DNA of 40,663 nt from Squalus acanthias (lineage: Eukaryota): assembly GCA_030390025.1 (NCBI GenBank), contig JASTWF010000363.1, forward strand, positions 434,001 through 474,663, read 5' to 3'. A program made the translations under genes and the position numbers. This document shows positions 12,125 to 23,843 of the stretch, in pieces. Position 1 is the first letter of the stretch. Every line of letters begins with the position of its first letter. The notes beneath the pieces were generated by a model, which worked only from the letters and a program-made list of their open reading frames with translations, searched no databases and was not told the DNA's origin.

Positions 12125-12363
12125 CTGAAAAACCCAAATGTACCAAACTGATTAAGGTATGTAGTAAAATCAGAACTTTGCACAAGGCTGAGGGTTAAGA
12201 ATTCTGTTGTTAAACAGGGTTGAAATTTGTATTCATCAAGGTGAGAGGCAACAGTGCACTAGTAACTTTTTCCCACATTTTGGGCCCAGTGTCAGGATCA
12301 AGTACGTCACGTGTAGCTGGTCACACAATGAGTTAAGACGTACAGGTGATATAATCAGACAAC

Positions 12364-13041
12364 GGGGTAGAGTTTCCGCTCTGCGCGAAAATTGTGCCCA
12401 AAATTGCACTAGATTTGAGAAGTTGTCCCCTAGAGTTTCCGCTCACTCATTTGCATATTGCCGAATGTGAAATCTGCCATGAAACAGCGCAATCGGGCCG
12501 CGTTTTAGAACGTAATTTTAAAAAATGTTTTACTTTAAAAAAAAATTCCTTGATATATTTAAAGAGTAGTAACTTGCAGTTTGATTAATACAACTGAAAA
12601 TGGGTCTATTACAAAAAATAAGCATTTTAATCAGTGTCTATTCTACCACCTGAGAGTAACCCAATTTTACATAACTGAAAATGACTAAAAAATTTTGCAG
12701 AACCATTTGCTAGTTACATTGGGGTACAGGAGTCAGTTTCTTCGTAAATTAAAAAAATAATCGATTCAAAAGCTTTCAAAACGTGCCTATTAGTGTCCTT
12801 GCGCCTATCAAAAGCAGCTTAATTTTTAGAGCCTCCTTGAAGGCCCGCAAACAAGTGCAATTAGTAGAAACTTTTAATGGTGATTAATTCGATCTGTGGA
12901 CACGGCCAGCTTTCAGCACAATGTTTTTCAAACTATTGCAGAAGATCACGGAAACTCGATTTGCACTGAACCTAATTTTCGCTTAAAATTCCGCGAATTG
13001 CACCAAAAAAACCCAGTGCAACCGAGCGGAAACTCCAGGCC
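12364..13041. mobile_element. PIF/Harbinger-type MITE
   Basis: TIRs GGGGTAGAGTTTCCGCTC and GAGCGGAAACTCCAGGCC; 3-bp TSD AAC on both sides. Confidence 0.8.
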
Positions 13042-13261
13042 AACATGTGTAATTCCTTTATACTTTCTCTCTTTGGAAAAAAAACATTCTATTTTCCACC
13101 CAAAGGGGTAGATCTTGAACTTGTGCGATAGTATAAAACGGGTGCTAGTGAGTTGGCAGCCCGTTTTACATCTTTCACTATTTTTATTTCCATAGATCAT
13201 CCTCTGGTATTTTACCCGAGTCGTCATTCATCAACTGTGAGCGTTGGATCGCAAGCGAGGG

Positions 13262-14158
13262 TAACAGAAATGGAGCGGGGTACTGTGAGGTGTGGGTCAC
13301 AGAAATGGAGCAGTGTGTTGTGAGGTGTGAGACACAGAAATGGAGCAGTGTGTTGTGAGGTCACAGAAATGGAGCAGTGTGTTGTGAGGTCACAGAAATG
13401 GAGCAGTGTGTTGTGAGGTCACAGAAATGGAGCAGTCTGTTGTGAGGTGTGAGACACAGAAATGGAGCAGTGTGTTGTGAGGTGTGGGACACAGAAATGG
13501 AGCAGTGTGTTGTGAGGTGTGGGACACAGAAATGGAGCAGTGTGTTGTGAGGTGTGGGACACAGAAATGGAGCAGTGTGTTGTGAGGTCAGGGACACAGA
13601 AATGGAGCAGTGTGTTGTGAGGTCAGGGACACAGAAATGGAGCAGTGTGTTGTGAGGTCAGGGACACAGAAATGGAGCAGTGTGTTGTGAGGTCACAGAA
13701 ATGGAGCAGTGTGTTGTGAGGTCACAGAAATGGAGCAGTGTGTTGTGAGGTCACAGAAATGGAGCAGTGTGTTGTGAGGTGTGGGACACAGAAATGGAGC
13801 AGTGTGTTGTGAGGTGTGGGACACAGAAATGGAGCAGTGTGTTGTGAGGTCAGGGACACAGAAATGGAGCAGTGTGTTGTGAGGTCAGGGACACAGAAAT
13901 GGAGCAGTGTGTTGTGAGGTCACAGAAATGGAGCAGTGTGTTGTGAGGTCACAGAAATGGAGCAGTGTGTTGTGAGGTCACAGAAATGGAGCAGTGTGTT
14001 GTGAGGTCACAGAAATGGAGCAGTGTGTTGTGAGGTCACAGAAATGGAGCAGTGTGTTGTGAGGTCACAGAAATGGAGCAGTGTGTTGTGAGGTCACAGA
14101 AATGGAGCAGTGTGTTGTGAGGTCACAGAAATGGAGCAGTGTGTTGTGAGGTGTGGGC
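13262..14158. repeat. Minisatellite with 29-bp and 35-bp unit variants (CACAGAAATGGAGCAGTGTGTTGTGAGGT with or without GTGGGA/CAGGGA)
   Basis: About 27 tandem units read directly; lies in intron 3. Confidence 0.97.
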
Positions 14159-14624
14159 AAAGGGTAACACAAATTCACTAACTGTAGTCTCAATGCTGAG
14201 GGACTATAGCAGACGGAGGGTTGGTAAGATACCAGGCCCGAATTGGTTATTGGGAAGTAGAGCAGTCCCAGAGGTGCAGGTGAAACATGTTTCCTTATGT
14301 ACAGAATGTATGTAAAATGTCTCCATGTTAATCTGAAAAATGAATTAAGAAAAAACAAAACCAGAGTCCATGGCTCAGTCTGTTTATACTACAAACCAAA
14401 AGATACACGCCCTCTTCCCCCATCCTCACTCAGAGATAAATCACTCCTGAGCAATCCCTGCAGCTGGCTGGAGAGTGGCAGCCCATCGTCACATCACACA
14501 GCCATCCATTCAACTGCAAGCAACAAGTCAGAAAGACAACGCATGATTAAAATACAAAAGGGGAGGAGAACTCACTAAAATCCACTCCCCCGCAAAGAAT
14601 TCTTTTTTGATTTTGCATGCTTAC

Positions 14625-14771
14625 CATCTGTTCCCAATCTCCATCTGATGGACAGTCCAGGCACCGAGACTCCAGCTGCATCCTCTTGCTTGGTTACATT
14701 AACTAGCAGCTCCTTGGGAAATGCAGGTGTCCACTTGGAAGGTTCCAGCCAACTGCTATCCAAACAGCCAC
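14625..14771 (-). CDS. IL17RA: IL-17 receptor A/B-like, coding exon 3 (147 bp): GGCLDSSWLEPSKWTPAFPKELLVNVTKQEDAAGVSVPGLSIRWRLGTD
   Basis: Matches IL17RA CLDDSWIHPRNLTPSSPKDL...P...IEWTLQTD. Acceptor cccatattAG, donor GTaagc, phase 1 to 1. Confidence 0.92.
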
Positions 14772-16586
14772 CTAATATGGGATGGAGGAAGACAATGCAA
14801 CATATTTTTCCCCCACTTTGTTACTCAGTTCCAAACTGGGAAATAAATTACTTGTAGAAACAAGCCACTCACCAGTCTCTGACTGTACTACTGGGCAAAA
14901 GGTGTACTGGAGCACCACTGCTGCACAGAAGTACCATGGGGAGGCCAGGCCTCTCCTCACAGGGTGGGGAAGATCCCCACAGGTACCCTCTTCTGTATCT
15001 TTTGTCAGTATTCCAGGATAGGCATTGGTACTGGCCCAGGAGTCAGCTGCCCATGCTGTACTCAGCCACAAGAGTTGGGGATGATGGAGCCATGAGGGGA
15101 AAACAACTGGAGCTGCCTCTGACTCCAATCTGTCAGGCCATAGCTGGGATCCATCACAGGTGCTGCAGTCACTTGGATCACAGAACGGCACTGGCGTGCG
15201 TCATACAGAAACTTCGAGCAGACCACTCTGCCCTGGCGAGAGTGTGGATACCGTCAAACCAAATATAGTTACTCATCAAAATATAATTTCCTACATAATG
15301 TATTCTCTGTGACTAAAGGATCTCTACTGTTCATGACTGAATCATTCCACCAATTAGAAAAGTACACATTTAGCAAAAAAAGTGAAAACTGGGTCACAAA
15401 ACCTTGAATACACACGTGGGTGGGAGTGAGAAAGGGCGAGACTCACGAGGAGATATATATATATATATATATTTTGAAAAGAACGCCAAAAGGAAATATA
15501 TACACGGAAAAGAACGCATCAAAGGAAAGTTTCATTTCTGACATGATAAAAATCAGTGCTGCATTTTGTGAGATAGCTGACACATTTTACAGAACGTGCG
15601 TTTTACATGACTTAGCTCAGATAACGTTATCCAGTATAATCAGCACTTTTAAACAATGACTCAGACAAAGGAGAGGCCTGCATTCCCAGCCAACAGCACG
15701 GTCTCCTGGAATCAGACATGGAGCGCCTCTCAGGCAAGTCTGAAATTGCATCCCTTGCTTGTTTTGGTTGGATTTGCTCTGGGATCTTCTCTTGTAACTT
15801 ATGTCACTAGAGCACCCTAGCAAGGAGACAGACCCTGCTCAAGGGTCTCCAGCAATAAAAGTGATTTAAAAAAAGAATTATCTGGTAAGGCCATTCATTT
15901 CTTTGGTAGACATGGGGGGGGGGGGGGATAATTTGAATTAAAACGTACTTGTCCTATACTTTCTTTCTCTTAAGAAATAATAGTGAACTTTAAATAACTG
16001 TGCCATCCTATAGCAAAGTCTTAAAAGGGGAATGAAAGATTCCTTGTGGGGAGTGTTGTGGGTTTGTGACCAATAAAAGACAAGTTCTGCACTCCGCGTG
16101 CCTGCAATAACAACTACTACTGCAGAGCATCGGAGGGGCAAAACTGACTAGATTTGGCATGCCTCATGATACTTTTGTGTTGCAAATATGTGAATCAAAA
16201 GAGTAATTTTCATGGAAAAACAAAACCCCACAGGTTTCACTGATTTTCACGTTCTGAAAGCTGGCCCCCTGTACCAAAGATACAGAAAGCCGGACACTGG
16301 TAAGCCATTACTTTTTCCAGAAACATACCCACTAAGACACTGCTGTGCTCCAGTGCACCACAACTTCCAACCCACTGCGCCACGGTCACTGACTGGAAGC
16401 TGCGATTACTCATTCGTGCAATCGTGGGAGTTGCACTTCGGAGACCAGGTACTCCAAAGGAAGAAAAATCTGCAGCAGATCATCGTACACTACTTTTCAA
16501 CCATTTTAAAATGACCAGCTGAAAGTGGCACGTGCAGTATGTGAACAACCTGCTGTATGTAGCACTGGTACAAAAATAGAACACTT

Positions 16587-17010
16587 GGGGCTGAATTTTA
16601 ACACCCAAAAACGGGTGGGCTGGGGTTGGGTCAGGTCAGATGTTAAAATTTTAAAAATCTGAAACCTGAACCCAACCCGCCTACTTCCGAATTTAACAGA
16701 GGTGGGACAAGGGGCAGGCAGCCAACCTGCTCCCAGGAGGTGGGTTGGCAATTTAAACATTTTAATGAGGCTGGCAGCCTCTGATTTAACCGGCTTTACA
16801 GTGGCCGGCCAAGTTTCCCAGGCCTCGGGAAACCCAGCAGCTGAAGGGAGTGAGGACAGCTTCGAGGAGAAGATAAGTGTTTTTACAGCACTGCTTGTGG
16901 GCCAGGAGGAGCCGGCGTGCTTCCTCCTTGCCCCCCAAGCTCTACCCCAGTCACCAATCAGACCCTTCTACCCCCGGGGTCGGGGATCGGATCCCCCTTG
17001 GGATAATTTT
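16587..17010. mobile_element. Harbinger-type MITE fragment
   Basis: Starts GGGGCTGAATTTTA with GC-rich subterminal GGGTGGG/CCCAACCCGCC repeats; right end unclear. Confidence 0.5.
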
Positions 17011-17568
17011 CATCTCAAATTTTTGCCTCCACCTTAAGAGCAAGACAGTTGAGAATTAGTGATGAGGGCAGTCCACCATAGGCATGGCACTACATGGTGG
17101 CATATTCACGAACATGGCAATGCATGGTGGCACTTCCATGAGCATAGCATCGCCTGTTAGCACGTTCAGCACAGGAGTTTGCAACCACATCATCTAACAT
17201 AAAAATTGCTATTACTATAGTAATGGATGAAATGCATCAATTCACTGATCACCTTGATTTGCTCTTTTCAACTTACTGAACAGTGGGTTGTCCAGTAGGA
17301 TCATCTACTAGAACAATAAGAAGCGATTGACTGGCTCACTTGTCTGCTCCATAGAGTTTTAAACACAAAGCTAGAAAGCAGAGCAGCATACAGAAATTTA
17401 AAGATGTTAATTATTAAAGTGGCCTATCAAACCTGTCAGTTGTACAAACAATTCTTATAAAGTGGAAGGTCCAACACCACCTTCCGATTTGAAGGCCTTT
17501 CAAGGCTGGGCCTTGCCAACATCTCGGCAACAAATAAAAGACCATTTTAAAATGCTAACTGTACTTAC

Positions 17569-17593
17569 CAGATTGAACAGTACAATTCAGGCC
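17569..17593 (-). CDS. IL17RA: IL-17 receptor A/B-like, coding micro-exon 2 (25 bp): GLNCTVQS
   Basis: Poly-T tract plus aaacAG acceptor, GTAAGT donor. Matches IL17RA GLNCTVKN and joins exon 1 (phase 0) to exon 3 (phase 1). Confidence 0.9.
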
Positions 17594-17944
17594 CTGTTTG
17601 AAGAAAAAAAAAACATTTTAACAATGACATTTCTTGTATGAGCAAAATCAACACTACATTTAATGCAATTATGGGCCATGAACAGAAATGCCTGAGGGAG
17701 TCACTTATCAACTGACATTCAGTAAGTTAACATTTTTATAATGGTTATAAGCAGACATCCTATGCCATTGCTCATGGCCTTTTTTAAAATAGAATGTATA
17801 TTTGTATATTTACTATATTATCAGTATGATATGCATTTATTTCCTGTTTCCTTTGCTCACCTGATATATAATACCTTACATTGTTGGGTATGAAGCACCC
17901 AATTCTGTGCTAACAATGTCCCATAAACAACAAGGACCAGTTAA

Positions 17945-18188
17945 TTTGCTTTTGGTGGTGTTGGCTGAGAGGGGAATGTTGGCTGGGACACTGGGAAAGC
18001 CCCTTGCTCGTCTTTGACTGCGTGTTTTAATGGCCACCAGCCCAGGCAGACAGAACCTTGGTTTATTGCCTCCTCTCAGTACTGCACCGGAGTATTAGCT
18101 TTGATAACGCATTTAAGTTCTGGAGTGTTAGTCAAACCTACTACTTTCAGATCCATAGGCGAGAGCGCTGCCAACTGAGCCAACCTGA
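17945..18188 (-). mobile_element. Old, degenerate DeuSINE
   Basis: Minus-strand head TGGCTCAGTTGGCAGCGCTCTCGCC with decayed core. Confidence 0.6.
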
Positions 18189-18385
18189 AACAATTCGTCT
18201 TGAAACAAGAGGATTATAATAAGGGAGTTTATTATAATGAAATTCAAACACAACACTCTTCAGACCTTCTTGATAAACTGGTTTTAAATGAGCTTTTGGT
18301 GCAGACTCAACTTTTGGTGCAGACTCAACACAGCAGTGTTCTAGACAACCACAACATTGTCCACTAATCAACATCAACTTTGATG

Positions 18386-18742
18386 ATCATAGAAATTTAC
18401 GGCACAGAAGGAGGTCATTCGGCCCATCGTGACTGTGCCGGCCGACAAAGAGCTATCCACCCTAATCCCACTTTCCAGCTCTTGGTCCGTAGCCCTGTAG
18501 GTTACGGCACTTCAAGTGCATATCCAAGTACTTTTTAAATGTGATGAGGGTTTCTGCCTCTACCACCCTTTCAGGCAGTGAGTTCCAGACCCCCACCACC
18601 CACAGTGAAAAAATTTCTCCTCAAATCCCCTCTAATCCTTCCACCAATTACTTTAAATCTATACCCCCTGGTTATTGATCTTTCTGCTAAGGGAAATAGG
18701 TCCTTCCTATCCACTCTATCTAGGCCCCTCATAATTTTATAC
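18386..18742 (-). mobile_element. CR1 LINE 3' fragment
   Basis: YKIMRGLDRVDRKDLFPLAERSITRG..F...RRNFFT plus 3' UTR stem-loop. Confidence 0.88.
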
Positions 18743-19110
18743 AATGGCAATCTTCTCGCCACAGAGATCGCGAGATTTGCTTTGCCGCTGACAGCAAATT
18801 CCGGGCCAATGATACACACACACAATGCTGATGTTGGAAATTCCCCACCTATTTCGAAGAATTTCTCTAGTGTGACAAAATATAAAAAAAGGGACAATTG
18901 TCCAAATCTGCACTTTTGTCACAAATTCTAACTTGCCAGGAATGCACTATTAGGAAATGGACCCTCCTTTTCATCACAAGTATCACTAATTTAACATCCA
19001 TGTTGCAATGAAGTCATTCTTAGACCTGTAGAATTCGCAATATAATCACGATTTTATAAATAAGGAGAAAACACATAGTTTCGTTCAAACAGTTTATTTC
19101 AGCAGAATGC

Positions 19111-20688
19111 TGTCAGGTTTTCAAAGTGGACACAAGCAGCCTGTAAAATGGCCGCCATGCTTCGTGGCAGAACATTCTAGACTTTGATAAGCAGACAAGA
19201 TGGCGTTCCAATAAACATTTGTGCGAGATCGTACAAGACTCAGCACATTTGAGATAAATCACAAGACATAATGGGTTTGCATTTTACACATAAATACTGG
19301 AATCGGTCTCCCAGGTGCGAATAAGGGCTATTGTACCAAGCAATCAAGAACCCATCCAAAGACATTAATATGCAAAATCCCCACGACTCTACGATGAAAG
19401 AGCCGTTTGCGGGTAGTTACAGAAACATTTGGAAGCCCCAAAAGCCCTCCAGGGAGAATACTGACCGGTTACACAATGGGAAAAGTATCAACGGGTACTC
19501 AGGCAGTTACGAGTATCACCGAAACCCATTAAACGGAGATCACCCTATACAAGAAGTTTGAGCGCCAAAACTCTGACAAAAGAAAAGACATTAAGATTGG
19601 GCGGGAAAAGAGGAATTTCAGCACTATAACTGTAAGCTCCAACCGTCCATCTTTCTCTTATCCTCTTTCTTCGCCTGCGATCTTGACTCTTGACTCTGCC
19701 TCTTGCTGCTCGACTTGCTGGAAGACTATTGAACTTTCTGATCCGCCAGGATCAACCTCGTGGCTTGCCGCGAAGACCTGTGTGGAACCGGGCTGTGAAG
19801 CCTTGAAACGGGCACACCATCCCGAGAAGTCGGTAAACGGTGTTGGAACCGAAGGCCCGAGATGAGATGAGATGAGAAGAGAAGAAGACGACCATACGTA
19901 TCGCCACGGTCAGTAAGCCCCGACCGCGCCTGTAGGTCGAATAGACACTTTCCTTGCCCAGGAAGACTATCTTTTGAGTTTTACAGAACTGGCATCGGAA
20001 GACCATTCTTCGAGTTTTATCGCATCGGGGCGAGGGCACAGGAAGACTATTTTTCGAGTCGTGTCGGAACTCCGAGGACAACACAGATCTTCATGACAGC
20101 AGACGGTCCAGCCTGCTAGCTGGAGCAGAAACGAGTAAACAAGTGGGGTACAGAGACCCCTGATCAACACGTGGGTGATCAGGTGCTGCGGTAAAAACAT
20201 CCGAGCAGAGTTTTCGGAATTCTCCGAGTTATCACGAGTGGTGAGCATGAGTCTCGATCCTACAAATCTAGTTTAGAGCAGGTATTGATAGGGGAGGGTT
20301 TAAGTTTTAAGGATAACTGTAATGTGTGCCCCCATTTACGATGTGTCGTTCGTTCCTCGTTTCCCTAAAATTAGTTACATAACTGCGTGTAAGATTGTAC
20401 TGTCATTAATCTGTGCTTATGACATGTATTTCGTAATCTTGAATAATATGCAATAAAGATTTTCCATTTCGTACCATTCAACCGGGTCTACCTGAGTTTT
20501 CTCTCCATTATTGCTCTCGCATCTAAGTCCAGTGTCAGAACCGTAAGGGCGAGTGGGTCGAACCACTCACAGGTGTCTAGTGCTCCCAGACTGGCTGGAG
20601 ACCAGAACAGGCAACAAGGCCTAACCTCGCACTAGCACCCAGGCTGAGCACAGAGCCACAGGTGAATTAAATCTATTTATCCCTGACA
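19111..20688 (+). mobile_element. Solo LTR (1578 bp), probably Gypsy or ERV type
   Basis: TGTCAGG...CCTGACA termini; 4-bp flanks ATGC/ATAC (one mismatch); TATA-like CTATAA near 19624; AATAAA at 20452; CpG-rich with no long ORF. Confidence 0.75.
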
Positions 20689-20958
20689 ATACTTGGTGTA
20701 CTGTTTGCGGTTTAGACTGTTTGTAGAAGAGAAGGATGTGTGACATCTTCCATGTAGCAACCTCTTCCCCATTCCAAGGAAGACAGCACTAGTGTAGAGG
20801 AAAGGGTCAAGGATGCAGTCCTTTCTAAATTGTACCCTCACTGTGAAACACTTCCAAAAAAGATACCAACTAGGGGCATTTTGCTGCACTGCTCACGCCA
20901 AGCAAATGTATTACCATACATAACAGGTTTGAAGACTCTGACACAAGTCGGGTGGGAT

Positions 20959-21365
20959 GGGCCAGAATTTAGGACAGAGCCAATGGGTTCCACCAGGTCC
21001 CTGCATTAAAAACATTTTAAAATTCCAACAGAGGGGAGTGGGTGCCACACCCTCCATGCCAACGTCAGAAGAGGCGGCAGGACTCGCTGGATATTGTCAG
21101 GTGGCAGAAATCCCAACAGTTCTGCCTCTTTTGCCCCGAGCACAAATTATATCTGCATGCTGCAGGCATACTTGTGTTATCAGAATATTGTGCTGGTGGA
21201 ACAGGGGCCCACAGTGCCAGTATCCTAATGGCAAAAAATACAGCCTTTTCTTCAGGAATCCTGAGATTCTGCTGGAATGTCTGTGCCCCTAAAGAGCAGC
21301 AAGGTGTCGCTCCAAAATTTCCAGGTCCACCTTCCTTCTAATCCTGCTTGACCTGAAATCTACAC
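20959..21365. mobile_element. Degenerate Harbinger-type MITE
   Basis: Starts GGGCCAGAATTT and ends near GAAATCTAC; TIRs decayed. Confidence 0.35.
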
Positions 21366-21762
21366 GTGCTCTCGACTCCCCATGTGCAACGCCACACGAG
21401 ATTGACTTGTAATGTATTAAAGTTCTTGAGTTTCCCCTTTTGTTGCACCTATTTCTTGAGGTCATTTTAGTGACTGTTTGTAACATTAGAAATGACAAAT
21501 ATAACACTGAAGTGCAACAGTAACTCCTGCTATTCAATACACCTGCCACTGGTGGCGCTGCATCAAGTCACCCAGTTCCAGCAACCATTTTGTTTTAAAC
21601 TGGATCTCATATTGTTCTGAGTAAATTAAGTTTTATTTTCCTTGCAAAAATAGAAAATGTTTAAGTTTTGAGTATATGACCACACCACCAAGCATAACAT
21701 TTTATTTACCACTGCCTTTCTTTGGCCGTACTTCCAATTCCTGCTTTACAACCCTCTATATG

Positions 21763-22230
21763 GTCAGCTGTGGCTCAGTGGGTAGCACACTTGCCTCCGA
21801 GTCGGAAGGTTGTGGGTTCAAGTCCCACTCCAGGGACTTGAGCACATAAAGCTAGGCCGACACTCCAGTGCAGTGCTGAGGGAGTGCTGCACTGTCGGAG
21901 GTGCCGTCTTTCGGATGAGACGTTAAACCAAGGCCCCGTCTGCTCTCAGGTGGACGTAAAAGATCCCATGGCACTATTTCGAAGAAGAGCAGGGGAGTTA
22001 TCCCTCGTGTCCTGGCCAATATTTATCCCTCAATCAACATAACAAAACAGATTATCTGGTCATTATCACATTGCTGTTTGTGGGAGCTTGCTGTGTGCAA
22101 ATTGGCTGCCGCGTTTCCCACATTACAACAGTGACTTCACTTCAAAAAAAATACTTAGTTGGCTGTAAAGCACTTTGAGACGTCCGGTGGTCATGAAAAG
22201 CGCTATATAAATGCAAGACTTTCTTTTTTA
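21763..22230 (+). mobile_element. tRNA-derived DeuSINE
   Basis: Full-length copy closely similar to 5497-5965. Confidence 0.9.
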
Positions 22231-22294
22231 TATTGAATAGTCTATATAGTCTATGTTGAATAGACACATACAAGATTTTAACTAAAGAGTGAGA

Positions 22295-22490
22295 AGAATG
22301 TGAACGTTCTACCACAAGGAGTACCTGAGGCAAATAGCATAGATGCATTTATGGGGAAGCTAGATAAGCACGAGGCAGAAAGGAATAGAAGGATATGCTG
22401 ATGGGGTTAGGTGAAGTAGGGTGGGAGGAGGCTAGTGTGAAGCAAAAACGCCAGCATAGACTAGTTGCGCTGAATGACCGGTTTGTGTAC
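22295..22490 (+). mobile_element. Old CR1 3' fragment
   Basis: GAGGCAAATAGCATAGATGCATTT..GGGGAAGCTAGATAAG and a decayed 3' stem-loop. Confidence 0.6.
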
Positions 22491-23206
22491 ACTCGACCTA
22501 ACTTGATGTAACACAAACACAAACAGCCACTTGGGAAAGGGACCAGAGGTGACTGATGCCCATAAATAGTGTCCCAGCTAGGAGTTAATAACTTCAGGAA
22601 GCGGGGTGGGACATAAATAACAGTTAAAAAAGATCAGTGATAATGGGAAGGTTTATGTTGCTTTAAGTTTATAAGCGATTCAGAAAGGGTCACCCATAAG
22701 AGTTTTGAATATTACATTTCCTGTACCTCTGTAACACAACATTTACTATACAAGCTTTTCACAGCTAAAACACGTAGACTATCCTCTTCTGTACAATAAC
22801 AATAGTAATTGCTTCCGGTTGTTTGGTGTGTGCATGCTGCAAGCCCAATAAAACCACATTTCATTCTGTGATTACAACTTGTGATAGCTGAACAGAGGAA
22901 CCACTTAACACAGTGTGAAATAAAATCTATTTATACTCCAGTAAAAGAACACAAGTGGTCTCAGGACCTTTGGAACATACATCCTCCAACAGAACTTTCA
23001 GCGCACCCATCCATTGATCAGAAACTTCCTGAAATCAAATATCAGTACACAAATTCCAGCCCCCTCATAGTTCAATAAGCACAGATTGAGTCAGTATTGG
23101 CAAGACTAAACCATCAGAGAAACTATGCAAGGCAGATGGAAAGATTAGACTCCCTCCCCCACCGCACACAAACAGCGACTGCGACTGAAATTCTATTAGA
23201 TATGAT

Positions 23207-23843
23207 GGGGTAGAAATTGGTCCACTTTGCGCCCAAGGCATACAGGGGCAAAAAGGGCCAGTTGCAGGGTGCAATGTCCTTTCCCCAAGAATGCCTGAAA
23301 AACATCCCAACCCAAAATTGGGTCAGGCTATTGTTCAGGTGGCTGGGGTAGCCACCTAAAATAGGCATTAGTCTCCTTGCATATGCTAATGAGGGGACTA
23401 ACACCTGTTTATGAACCCATAAGAAATTGGGCTGCGTTGAGCGGAGCGGGCCTCAGGTGTTTTGGGCTGTGGATAGGGTCTAGCCAGTGGCCACCACCAT
23501 AAAGGTAAATAGAATATTTTTATTAGTGCTCCTGCTGGCTCCACAGAACTCCCGCAGGCCACGATCGGCCCCCGTCCCGCTGCCTTCCCCCCGCCCCCCC
23601 CCCCCCGCCCCCGCCGGGAATTACCCGAGCGGCACAGCCAGTGAGGTAGGCATCCCGAAATTGCATGTTTCCGTCGGGCGAGCTGCCTGTGGAGGCGCGA
23701 CAGCCACCGGCAGCTCATCCAGTATATTTAGATGAGACCCGAGGACCAATTTCTTGCGATCCTCTGGCCTCCGTCTTCGGGTGCAGAGATCGTTCCCTGT
23801 TCCCAGCTCGCACCAGCAGGCTGGCGCTATGCAATTTTCACTC
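23207..23843. mobile_element. Harbinger-type MITE
   Basis: Left end GGGGTAGAAATTGGTC; inverted copies GACCAATTTC (23744) and CAATTTTCACTC (to 23843); flanking GAT/GAT. Confidence 0.6.

Noticed and set aside
13262..14158. CRISPR-like appearance of this array (also 19961-20062)
   Set aside because: No unique spacers of CRISPR size, no cas genes, and a vertebrate intronic context.
18294..18330. 18-bp tandem duplication TTTTGGTGCAGACTCAAC
   Set aside because: Simple local slippage with no further structure.
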